NCBI RefSeq assembly: GCF_009831105.1
Contig: NZ_WUUQ01000002.1
Coordinates: 30,001-62,000 of the forward strand
DNA length: 32,000 bases
Origin: Copranaerobaculum intestinale
GTDB lineage: Bacteria; Bacillota_I; Bacilli_A; Erysipelotrichales; Erysipelotrichaceae
Direction of reading: 5' to 3'
Part shown: one piece after another, positions 16,646-24,391 of the stretch
Layout of the letters: each line of letters opens with the position of its first letter
How positions within the stretch are numbered: position 1 is the stretch's first letter
Notes under the pieces: model-generated
Told to the model about the DNA's origin: nothing
What the model saw: the letters and a program-made list of their open reading frames with translations, nothing else
The model's database searches: none
Position numbers and translations under genes: made by a program

Positions 16646-17095
16646 ATGAAAATCTATTTGGCGGGCAGTTTATTTAATGAAGCAGAGATCAAACAGCGAA
16701 AATGGGAAGGGCAGCGGATGCGGGAAGCTTTTCCGGAAGCAGATGTATGCAACCCTATTGATCAGCCGTTTAATGAAAATAAGGAATCTCTGCCGGCTCC
16801 GCAAACGATTTACAACAGTGATATAAAATCGATACGTTCATGTGATGTATTTGTGGCAGATTTGACGAATGAAGATCCCGGGGTGATGCTTGCCCTTGGA
16901 ATTGCGATTGAAGCAAAGGTTCCGCATGTTATAGGGGTCAACTCTGATTCTCGTATGACTTGTGCCAATCAATATGACATACCGAGCTACGGCATGAATC
17001 ATTTTGTGTTGGGGGCAGTCTTAGAAAATGGAATTTTAGTTTCTTCTTTTGAGAAAGCGGTAATAAAAATAAAAGAAATTATGAATAAGAAATAA
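16646..17095 (+). CDS. Nucleoside 2-deoxyribosyltransferase-like protein (PF05014-like), nucleophile Glu apparently replaced
   Basis: MKIYLAGSLFNEAE N-terminus, and YNSD plus EDPGVMLALGIA aligning by eye with YNND and EDVGLGMELGYA of Lactobacillus NDT. Trimmed to ATG 16646, preceded by AAGAGG. Confidence 0.65.
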   Translation: MKIYLAGSLFNEAEIKQRKWEGQRMREAFPEADVCNPIDQPFNENKESLPAPQTIYNSDIKSIRSCDVFVADLTNEDPGVMLALGIAIEAKVPHVIGVNSDSRMTCANQYDIPSYGMNHFVLGAVLENGILVSSFEKAVIKIKEIMNKK

Positions 17096-17118
17096 TCTGG
17101 TCAAATCCAGATTTTTTT
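17095..17118 (+). terminator. Intrinsic terminator
   Basis: ATCTGG-tcaaat-CCAGAT followed by TTTTTTT, overlapping the stop region of the NDT-like gene. Confidence 0.65.
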
Positions 17119-17172
17119 GATTACACAAAGCACATTACTTAAATTTAAGTTATAATAAATACAGGTGATATT

Positions 17173-18162
17173 ATGTTAGAAATAGAAGCGGGAACCATTT
17201 TTGAAAATTTCAAAGCTATTAAAGAAGCAACTGGTTGCGTTCCATATAGCGGGATTGCGATAAATAAAAAGAATAAACATATTTTACTTGTCTCAAAAGT
17301 GGAAGATAATATTTATCATGATCATCAAGAGGGACCTATTTTATTTTATCGAGGAGCTGGTCAAGTCGGAGATCAAACAGTTACTCGAGGTAGTAATAAA
17401 ACATTATATAATGCTCTGAAGAAGATAAATAAGTATCATGTGTATTTGGCAATAAAGGATAAAAACTATATTTTTAAAGGCGAAGTTATACTATCCAAAA
17501 ATTATTCAGATGTATTATATGAGAGAAAACCTGATAAAAATGGAGATGAACGGCAGGTTGTAATATTTCCATTAGAGATAAAGGATAATAATTATGAAAT
17601 GGAATTTAAGCTATTTAATGAAACACTTCATAATTTAAATATTGATAATGTGTTTTTGGAGGAAGATAAAGTACATACTAATTTACCAGCTAGTGGTTCA
17701 TATTCAAGCAGCAACAAGGTAATCAATCGTATTGCTTTTGAAAAGCAAAGAGAGCAAGCAAAGAGAATAGGAGATCTATCTGAACAATTAGTTGAAAAAC
17801 ACGAAAAAGCTTTCTTGGAAAGTATTGGCAGAATTGATTTGGCTGAGCAGGTTAAAATTATAGAAAATGATGGTGAAGGTTTTGATGTTCTTTCTTTTAT
17901 GAGTAATGGTGATAAGAAATTTATTGAAGTAAAAGGCACTACACTTGGAAAATTTACACCATTTTTCATTAGTGAAAATGAATTGCAGAAAGCAGAAGTC
18001 TTGGAAAATTATCGTCTATATCGTGTTTATCATTTAAGTAGTAAACCGAAATTCACTTCTTATACTTTGCGCGAATTTTATGAAATTTTTAATATGGAAC
18101 CAGCTTCTTACATATGCAAAGTACGAACAAAGGAAGATTATGAAAATCATCAAGATTCTTAG
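17173..18162 (+). CDS. Putative modification-dependent (type IV-like) restriction protein: N-terminal SRA/YDG-like domain + C-terminal DUF3883 PD-(D/E)xK-like domain
   Basis: The C-terminal 110 aa match the DUF3883 pattern (GDLSEQLVEKHEKAFLES...GFDVLSF...KKFIEVKGT...FFISENELQKAE...YRLYRVY). The N-terminus has an SRA-like signature (GIAI..., LFYRGAGQVGDQTVTRGSNKTLYNAL). The gene is visibly AT-rich. Confidence 0.65.
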   Translation: MLEIEAGTIFENFKAIKEATGCVPYSGIAINKKNKHILLVSKVEDNIYHDHQEGPILFYRGAGQVGDQTVTRGSNKTLYNALKKINKYHVYLAIKDKNYIFKGEVILSKNYSDVLYERKPDKNGDERQVVIFPLEIKDNNYEMEFKLFNETLHNLNIDNVFLEEDKVHTNLPASGSYSSSNKVINRIAFEKQREQAKRIGDLSEQLVEKHEKAFLESIGRIDLAEQVKIIENDGEGFDVLSFMSNGDKKFIEVKGTTLGKFTPFFISENELQKAEVLENYRLYRVYHLSSKPKFTSYTLREFYEIFNMEPASYICKVRTKEDYENHQDS

Positions 18163-18191
18163 TTGACAAATTGCTCTATTTCTTTTAATAT
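18163..18191 (+). promoter_or_regulatory. Sigma-A promoter of tRNA-Glu
   Basis: TTGACA (18163-18168) begins the nucleotide after the preceding TAG. Then 17 nt, then TAATAT (18186-18191). The tRNA starts 26 nt later. Confidence 0.55.
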
Positions 18192-18216
18192 ATAAAGGTC
18201 TCTTTAATCTTTATAT

Positions 18217-18291
18217 GGCGCGTTCGGCAAGTGGTTAAGCCATAGCCCTCTCAAGGCTACATCACGGGTTCGAGTCCCGTACGCGCTACCA
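18217..18291 (+). tRNA. tRNA-Glu (anticodon CTC), CCA end encoded
   Basis: GGCGCGT-TC-GGC-AAGTGGTTAA-GCC-A-TAGCC-CTCTCAA-GGCTA-CATC-ACGGG-TTCGAGT-CCCGT-ACGCGCT-A-CCA. This is a 75-nt cloverleaf with the short D-stem typical of tRNA-Glu. Confidence 0.9.
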
Positions 18292-18304
18292 AGTGATGAT
18301 ATAC

Positions 18305-18328
18305 AGCCTCTGTAATAGAGGCTTTTTC
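18305..18328 (+). terminator. Intrinsic terminator after tRNA-Glu
   Basis: AGCCTCT-gtaat-AGAGGCT followed by TTTTTC. Confidence 0.7.
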
Positions 18329-18387
18329 TTTGGGAATTGTGCCTAAATGAGGAAAAATGTATAATTATTATACTAGGAGGATAAAGC

Positions 18388-19203
18388 ATGAAAAAACATA
18401 AAATCTTAAGAATAGCCTTTCTGATGTTTATTATAGTATGTTTTTCAGTGGTATGTATTATGTTTTTCATGTCCCGGGAGACATCCTATCGGCCAAATAC
18501 CGATCATATCCCTATCATCGGATACCATAATCTTGCAAAGGATGAGGATAAAAACAAATATTGGCGTTTTGACCCCTGGACAGCCTCCCTTTCATCATTT
18601 GAAAAACAAATGAAATACCTGCATGATCATGGATATCAGACCATTAGTTTGGATGAACTGTATGCGTGGAAGCATAAAAAAAAGCAGTTTTCCAACAAAA
18701 CCGTTGTAATTACATTTGATGACAGCTATTATTCCACTTCGCTGTTGGCAGAGCCCATCTTAAAGAAATATGGGTTCCAAGCGGCTACCTTTGTCATCGG
18801 ATACAGTATTCCCAAACAAATTCAAACTTATGATGCGGCTAAAAAGCAGCATATACCGATTACATTGCTGAAAGACACCAAAACGATGAAATACTATTCC
18901 CATTTTTACCATCTTCACCGCAAAATTGACAATGAATATGCAATCAATACTTACACTGTAAAAGAGCTGCAAAAAGACATACAATCAGCAGGAGAAGCTG
19001 TCAGCACAGATTATGTTGCTTATCCATTTGGAAAGTATAACGATAATGTTCAAAAGGCCTTGTATCAGGAATCGGTGAAAATGGCATTCAGCTATAATCA
19101 ATTCCGAAGTATGAAGCGAAGCGACCCAATCTATGAGCTGCCGCGGTATTCGGTAAATGCATATACACCGATGTTTGTATTTCAATATATGATCAATCAT
19201 TAA
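18388..19203 (+). CDS. Polysaccharide deacetylase (NodB homology / CE4) with N-terminal membrane anchor
   Basis: Hydrophobic N-terminus (ILRIAFLMFIIVCFSVVCIMFF) and NodB motif VVITFDDSYYS. A strong TAGGAGGA SD precedes the start. Confidence 0.8.
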   Translation: MKKHKILRIAFLMFIIVCFSVVCIMFFMSRETSYRPNTDHIPIIGYHNLAKDEDKNKYWRFDPWTASLSSFEKQMKYLHDHGYQTISLDELYAWKHKKKQFSNKTVVITFDDSYYSTSLLAEPILKKYGFQAATFVIGYSIPKQIQTYDAAKKQHIPITLLKDTKTMKYYSHFYHLHRKIDNEYAINTYTVKELQKDIQSAGEAVSTDYVAYPFGKYNDNVQKALYQESVKMAFSYNQFRSMKRSDPIYELPRYSVNAYTPMFVFQYMINH

Positions 19204-19322
19204 GAGAATTCTGAAAGGTTTTCTCTTTTTCTTTGTTAAGATACTGTAAATGAATTTTAATTGCCTTTATCTTGCAGTATAATATGAGAAGATATTTTCA
19301 TGCTAAAAGAAGGGTGATATTT

Positions 19323-19886
19323 ATGGATCAGCAGCCATTTACTTATCGAAAGCTTTTCACTTCCACCTTTTTTTTGAGTGCCTTTACGTTCGGCGGCGGG
19401 TATGTGATCGTTCCGTTGATGCGGAAGAAGTTTGTGGAGCAGCTGCAATGGATTGATGAAGAAGAAATGATGGATATGGTGGCGATTTCGCAGTCAGCAC
19501 CAGGGGCGATGGCAGTGAATACATCGATTATGACCGGATATCGGCTGGCGGGAATAAAGGGCGTTTTGGTGAGCGTGACTGGAACCGTGCTGCCGCCGCT
19601 TTTGATACTTTCATTGATTTCTTATTTTTATATCGCATTTCGCGAGAATGCGGTCATAGGTGCTGTGATGAAAGGAATGCAGGCTGGAGTAGCTGCAGTG
19701 ATCGTTGATGTGGTTATCAATATGGGGCAGAATGTTGTAAAAGAAAAGGATATTCTATCAGATTTATTGATGATTGCAGTATTCCTTATAACATATTTAC
19801 TGGAAGTAAATGTAGCAGTCATGATTGCTTTTGCTGCGATAATCGGGGTTGTTCGATTTTATTACGAAAAGAGGAAAGCGGCATGA
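19323..19886 (+). CDS. Chromate transporter (CHR) family protein, first half-size subunit
   Basis: FTFGGGYVIVPLMR and the SQSAPGAMAVN motif of CHR domains. Trimmed to ATG 19323 (MDQQPF). It overlaps the next gene by 4 nt. Confidence 0.8.
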   Translation: MDQQPFTYRKLFTSTFFLSAFTFGGGYVIVPLMRKKFVEQLQWIDEEEMMDMVAISQSAPGAMAVNTSIMTGYRLAGIKGVLVSVTGTVLPPLLILSLISYFYIAFRENAVIGAVMKGMQAGVAAVIVDVVINMGQNVVKEKDILSDLLMIAVFLITYLLEVNVAVMIAFAAIIGVVRFYYEKRKAA

Positions 19887-20449
19887 GCGGATTTTTAGCA
19901 CTCTTGTGGAGCTTTTTCCAGGTCGGCTTATTCAGCTTTGGCGGTGGTTACGCAGCCTTGATGCTTATTAAGGAACAGGTTGTTACAATTCATCATTGGC
20001 TTTCAATGACACAATTTACAGATATTATAACGATTTCACAGATGACTCCCGGTCCAATAGCTATTAACTCCGCAACCTTTGTAGGAATTCAGGTAAAAGG
20101 ATTACCAGGTGCGCTGATAGCAACGCTGGGTTGTATTCTGCCAAGCTGTATCATCGTTATCCTGCTTGCGTATCTATATGATAAATATAAAGAGCTTCCG
20201 ATTTTAAAAGCAATACTGTCCGGATTACGACCAGCAGTTGTAGCTTTGATCGCAACGGCTGGAATGGCAATGCTGATGACAGCGTTTTATGGTTCTGAAG
20301 CTATTGTTCCAAAATCTTGGCTGTCAATCGATTGGATCGCGGTGTTCTTATTCGGAGGTAGTATTCTTGCTTTAAGAAAGTGGAGGCTTGATCCGATCAT
20401 AGTTATGATTGCCAGTGGTATCATCGGTGCTGTACTTTATCTTCTTTAG
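19883..20449 (+). CDS. Chromate transporter (CHR) family protein, second half-size subunit
   Basis: LFSFGGGYAALMLI and SQMTPGPIAINSATF motifs. It forms a paired short-chain CHR arrangement with the preceding gene. Confidence 0.8.
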   Translation: MSGFLALLWSFFQVGLFSFGGGYAALMLIKEQVVTIHHWLSMTQFTDIITISQMTPGPIAINSATFVGIQVKGLPGALIATLGCILPSCIIVILLAYLYDKYKELPILKAILSGLRPAVVALIATAGMAMLMTAFYGSEAIVPKSWLSIDWIAVFLFGGSILALRKWRLDPIIVMIASGIIGAVLYLL

Positions 20450-20476
20450 CATATCCTGAACGGATATGTTTTTTTG
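20450..20476 (+). terminator. Intrinsic terminator
   Basis: CATATCC-tgaac-GGATATG followed by TTTTTTT, directly after the TAG stop. Confidence 0.75.
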
Positions 20477-20636
20477 TTAAAGAGATATCTCATGATATTT
20501 GCCTACTTATATATAAAAAAATAAAGATAAAAGCTGATAAATTATGAAAACCCTGTTGCTTCGCCCAGGGGCAAATTGCTCACTTGCATAGGATGAACTG
20601 AGATAGGGATTATCTCTATGAAAAGGAGGAATATAT

Positions 20637-21203
20637 ATGATTGAATCTTCTCGTTGTGGATGCAATCGCTATGTATCTGAACGTTACAATGAACGCCGTA
20701 GCAACAATGAGCGCTTTGGTGAGTGCCGTGAAAGCAGACGCGGAAATTCCTGCGGATGTGACGGAACTTCCAATGGTCACTGCTGTGGCTGGCGTCCGGC
20801 TCCGGTTCGTCCATGCCGTCCTTGCGGCTGCCGTCTCAATACCTGTGGCTGTTCCAATGACAATAGCTGTCATGATGGAATAGGTTCTGGATGTGGATGC
20901 CGTCCGCGTCCATGCCCGCCAAAGCCATGTCCGCCACGCCCATGCCCGCCAAGACCATGTCCGCCGCGTCCATGCCCGCCAAGACCGTGCCCGCCGCGTC
21001 CATGTCCGCCAAGACCGTGCTGTTCCTGTGGCAATATGCGTCCGGAGCCATACTATGATCGTATGAATGAATATGATTTTTATGGTTATGATGGTATGGA
21101 TTATATGCCTGAAGGATATTGGAATGAAGAGTTTGAAGACGGATATGAAAAAGCTGCTGAAACTGTTGAGAAAGCAGTAGTTGAAGAAGAAACAAAAGAA
21201 TAG
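20637..21203 (+). CDS. Cysteine/proline-rich repeat protein with acidic-aromatic tail, function unknown
   Basis: A strong SD (AAAGGAGGAATATAT) precedes the ATG. There are 25 Cys by my count, all in the first ~130 residues, as CGC/CxC pairs and seven [R/K]PCPP units. The C-terminal ~55 aa are rich in E/D/Y with no Cys. A + strand terminator lies downstream. Confidence 0.7.
   Translation: MIESSRCGCNRYVSERYNERRSNNERFGECRESRRGNSCGCDGTSNGHCCGWRPAPVRPCRPCGCRLNTCGCSNDNSCHDGIGSGCGCRPRPCPPKPCPPRPCPPRPCPPRPCPPRPCPPRPCPPRPCCSCGNMRPEPYYDRMNEYDFYGYDGMDYMPEGYWNEEFEDGYEKAAETVEKAVVEEETKE
20907..21026 (+). repeat. In-frame 15-nt tandem repeat (30-nt super-period) encoding [R/K]PCPP x7 plus a degenerate eighth unit
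   Basis: Units start at 20907, 20922, 20937, 20952, 20967, 20982 and 20997, with a partial unit at 21012. They alternate between cgtccatgcccgcca and agaccatgtccgccg variants. Confidence 0.9.
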
Positions 21204-21430
21204 CTTGTAAAACTAAAGTAAACAGAAATCCTACGGATCGAGTTACCGGTTTCATGGCTGTGAACATCACATATGAATATTGATTTTCATAGGAAAAACT
21301 GATGCTTGCTGTGTGCTGAACGATTCCTGCTATGATAAAAGAGATGGAAAGAATGGCCGCTCTTTATCTCATTCGAAAATCGATCCGCTCGTATGCTTGT
21401 ATTGTAACCTTCGATAAATCACAAATAGAT

Positions 21431-21471
21431 AAGGGATGATGCTGAAATGCATAATCCCTTTTCGTTTTTTT
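21431..21471 (+). terminator. Intrinsic terminator about 230 nt downstream of the Cys-rich gene
   Basis: AAGGGATGATGC-tgaaa-TGCATAATCCCTT followed by TTCGTTTTTTT. Confidence 0.6.
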
Positions 21472-21949
21472 AATTATTTTTTAATGGCTGAATAACAATA
21501 CGGTTCCTAGTTAATTAACAAGCTTTTTTCATCCTATTCAAGTAAATCAATGTTGCAATTGTTTATATAGGTAATTGAATAAGGAATTGGTTGATAATCG
21601 GTATTCCCTCAGAGATCATACATTGACTCATACTGTTAGACTTTGCTTTTCCTTTGAAAGCCTGCTGTATTAATACTTTTGGCGGATGCAGAGTATCCTA
21701 AAAAGATAACTTGGTGATTTCTTAAATGATAGCGATACGGATATTATCTTCTATGTATTGCTGCGAATGTTTTTTTGTTGTGTTGTTAATTTTGGATGTA
21801 ATACTTTGTTAAAAATTTTTGATTGAAAGGGTAAATCAAAGTGGATGGTTTCACTCAGAAAATATACTTTTTTATCAGAATGCGAATTTTGGTTCGTATT
21901 GATCGGCACGAATGGTACAATAGATAGAAAGAAACCAGGAGGAATGATT

Positions 21950-23131
21950 ATGACATATGATTTTGATACAGCAAATGATCGACGCGGTACTGCTTCTACA
22001 AAATGGGATCGATATGAATCTCGGTACCATTTGACAGATGTAATCCCGCTGTGGGTAGCAGATATGGATTTCAACTGTCTGCCGGAAGTTTCCCAGGCGA
22101 TCATAAAGCGCGCTGAACATGGCATCTTTGGTTATACGGATGTTGTGGATGAGGTGTATCAAACAATTATTGATTGGGAATTAAAACATCATCAAAACAA
22201 TATTGAAAAAGCAGAAATCGTTATGACAACCGGAGTTGTCTATGCGATCTATTCACTGGTTGAGCTATTGGTGAAACCTCAGGAAAAAGTCATTGTGCAG
22301 ACGCCGGTCTATCCTCCGTTTTTCAATACACCCAAAAGCTTGGAGCGCACGGTCGTATATAATCCATTGTTGTATGATGGAAGCACTTGGACAATGAATT
22401 TTGAGGATTTGGATGAACAGCTTAGTAAGGATCCGTCCATTCGCATGATGATCTTATGCAATCCCCATAATCCGGTTGGCCGCTGCTGGAAATATGAGGA
22501 ATTGGAAAAGCTCTGTGAGATCTGCCGTAAGTATCATGTTTGGTTGGTATCTGATGAGATACATGGAGATTTGATTTTGAAACCCCATCAGCTTCATTCA
22601 ATCTATACGATGCCAAAACGATATCACGATAATCTGATTCTGTTAGGCTCTCCGACCAAGACATTCAATTTGGCCGGACTGAAAATTTCCTATGCTGTAA
22701 TAAAGAATCCTAAGCTTAAGGAAGCTCTGGCAGTTCAAGCAAAAGCATCCGGCTTGTCCAGTATCAATATATTCGGTTTAGAAGCATTAAATGCCGCATA
22801 TCGTTACGGTGATAAATGGCTTGAAGAATGTCTGGATTATATAGATCATAATTTTGATTATACGATTACCTATCTGCAGAAGCATCTTCCTAAGGCTGTA
22901 TGCAATAAACCGGAAGCTACGTATATGGCATGGGTAGACTTGCGTGCGATGATGCTGCCGGCTGATATTTGTGAACAATTAAAACAAAAGGGTCATGTTG
23001 AATTGCAGGGTGGAGCCGGTTTTGGGGCTGGATTTGAAGAGTGGCAGCGAATCAATTTAGCCTGTCCGCGTGCGACCCTCGAAAAGGGATTAAAGCGTAT
23101 GTGTGATACCTTAAATGAAATCAAACAATAA
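21950..23131 (+). CDS. MalY/PatB-type PLP-dependent C-S lyase (cystathionine beta-lyase-like aminotransferase class I/II)
   Basis: MTYDFDTANDRRGTASTKWD N-terminus is typical of the family. It also has NPHNPVGR, SDEIHGDL and the PLP-lysine region SPTKTFNLAGL. ATG 21950 lies 6 nt after AGGAGGA; an alternative ATG lies at 21944. Confidence 0.8.
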   Translation: MTYDFDTANDRRGTASTKWDRYESRYHLTDVIPLWVADMDFNCLPEVSQAIIKRAEHGIFGYTDVVDEVYQTIIDWELKHHQNNIEKAEIVMTTGVVYAIYSLVELLVKPQEKVIVQTPVYPPFFNTPKSLERTVVYNPLLYDGSTWTMNFEDLDEQLSKDPSIRMMILCNPHNPVGRCWKYEELEKLCEICRKYHVWLVSDEIHGDLILKPHQLHSIYTMPKRYHDNLILLGSPTKTFNLAGLKISYAVIKNPKLKEALAVQAKASGLSSINIFGLEALNAAYRYGDKWLEECLDYIDHNFDYTITYLQKHLPKAVCNKPEATYMAWVDLRAMMLPADICEQLKQKGHVELQGGAGFGAGFEEWQRINLACPRATLEKGLKRMCDTLNEIKQ

Positions 23132-23194
23132 TAAATACCTGTAATGAAGAGTATGTCTCTTTCTCCTGCATTTCGCTTTTATGGTATATTTTTA

Positions 23195-24352
23195 TCAAGA
23201 ATTTTCTTTTTGAATAACCTGTGCAAGACGATTGCAGAAGTCTTCGATAACCTTGCGGGAAACCCCAATATTTAAACGTATAAAGGGGTGTTTGCAGTCA
23301 AAATGGGTAAAGGTGTTCCCATATATATGACATTTATTTTCAAATAAATCGATCATTTCTGCTTCGGATTGCACATATTCACTGCAGTCCAGCCAAGCCA
23401 GAAATGTGGCTTCTAAAGGTGAAAAGGACAGCTTCAGATGATGTTGTTGGAAGTAATTGATCATATACATATAATTACCGTAAACATATTCCTTGGCTTG
23501 ATTCAGCCATTCATCACCATGCTGATAAGCAGCCTTGAAACCAGCTTCGCTGAAGCATTGATTGTTCATATAGCTGATTGCTGCTACAGTATGCTGATAG
23601 TCTGCAAGCATCTTCTTGTCGGGCAGAAAGATAAAGGATGTTTCGAGTCCCTGCAAATTAAAGGTCTTTGAGCCAGATACGATCGTAATGACGGAATCTT
23701 GAAACGTTGCTGCTGGCAGAAATGGCTTTTGAAAACACCAGTCGCAGTGTATTTCATCGCTGATGATGAGAACATGGTACTGATTGCAGAGATGAAGCAT
23801 TTTTTTCAGTTCATCTCTTGACCATACCCGGCTGATTGGATTATGCGGGGAACACAGGATAAACATTGAGGCTTCTTTGCATGCTTCCTCAAATGTTTGA
23901 AAATCAATTTCATATTGACCGTTTCGATAGTTCAGTTCATTTATCAGACACCGGCGATTATTTAGGATTATATTTTTGCGAAATGGTGAGTAAGAGGGAT
24001 TCTGTATCAAAATACCATCACCTGGTTTGGTAAAGGTTTGTATACACCAAGCGATTGCGGTATTTACACTTGGTGTAATTACGCAGGAATCTGGTGTAAT
24101 AGGTGTATCATACCGTTCTTGATACCAGGAACAGACGAGCTTCGGCAGTTCTTCTTTCAGTTCACCATAGCCGTAAACTGGATGATCACAGCGCTGATGC
24201 ATGGCATCCTTTACTTCCTTCATCACCGGTAGATCCATATCCGCCAGGGTCATGATAATACTGTCATCCGGGCGGTTCTTCATTAGCTGCTCTTTGTATT
24301 TGACACATGCGGTGTGTCGGCGTTCAATAATTGTATCAAAATCGTAGTTCAT
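23195..24352 (-). CDS. Second MalY/PatB-type PLP-dependent C-S lyase paralog
   Basis: MNYDFDTIIERRHTACVKY, SPHNPISR, SDEIHCDW and SGSKTFNLQGL. It is convergent with the first paralog. Confidence 0.8.
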   Translation of the reverse strand: MNYDFDTIIERRHTACVKYKEQLMKNRPDDSIIMTLADMDLPVMKEVKDAMHQRCDHPVYGYGELKEELPKLVCSWYQERYDTPITPDSCVITPSVNTAIAWCIQTFTKPGDGILIQNPSYSPFRKNIILNNRRCLINELNYRNGQYEIDFQTFEEACKEASMFILCSPHNPISRVWSRDELKKMLHLCNQYHVLIISDEIHCDWCFQKPFLPAATFQDSVITIVSGSKTFNLQGLETSFIFLPDKKMLADYQHTVAAISYMNNQCFSEAGFKAAYQHGDEWLNQAKEYVYGNYMYMINYFQQHHLKLSFSPLEATFLAWLDCSEYVQSEAEMIDLFENKCHIYGNTFTHFDCKHPFIRLNIGVSRKVIEDFCNRLAQVIQKENS

Positions 24353-24366
24353 AAATATATCCTTTC

Positions 24367-24391
24367 TATAAAAAGCAGGCTTGCACCTGCT
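24367..24391 (-). terminator. Hairpin terminator between nanE and the downstream lyase gene
   Basis: Minus strand AGCAGG-tgcaag-CCTGCT followed by TTTTATAG, starting at the nanE stop codon. The RBS of the next gene follows within about 10 nt. Confidence 0.55.

Noticed and set aside
20893-21030. Short periodic repeat that could be mistaken for a CRISPR-like or minisatellite array
   Set aside because: The period is 15 nt with no unique spacers. It is entirely in frame within a well-supported CDS and simply encodes [R/K]PCPP units.
20836-21270. 144-aa minus-strand ORF antisense to the Cys-rich gene
   Set aside because: It has no SD and its repetitive AGMDA sequence is a mirror artefact of the GC-rich coding repeat. 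The + strand ORF has a near-perfect SD and a correctly oriented terminator.
21753-21812. 19-codon hydrophobic ORF (MYCCECFFVVLLILDVILC) resembling a type I toxin
   Set aside because: It has no SD, no obvious promoter or antisense RNA, and lies in very AT-rich sequence where such ORFs arise by chance.
21472-21949. T-box or SAM riboswitch upstream of the PatB-type lyase
   Set aside because: There is no T-box core (GGTGGTACCGCG-like; only an isolated TGGTAC that better fits an extended -10). There is no specifier or AGAGA elements and no SAM-I conserved helices.
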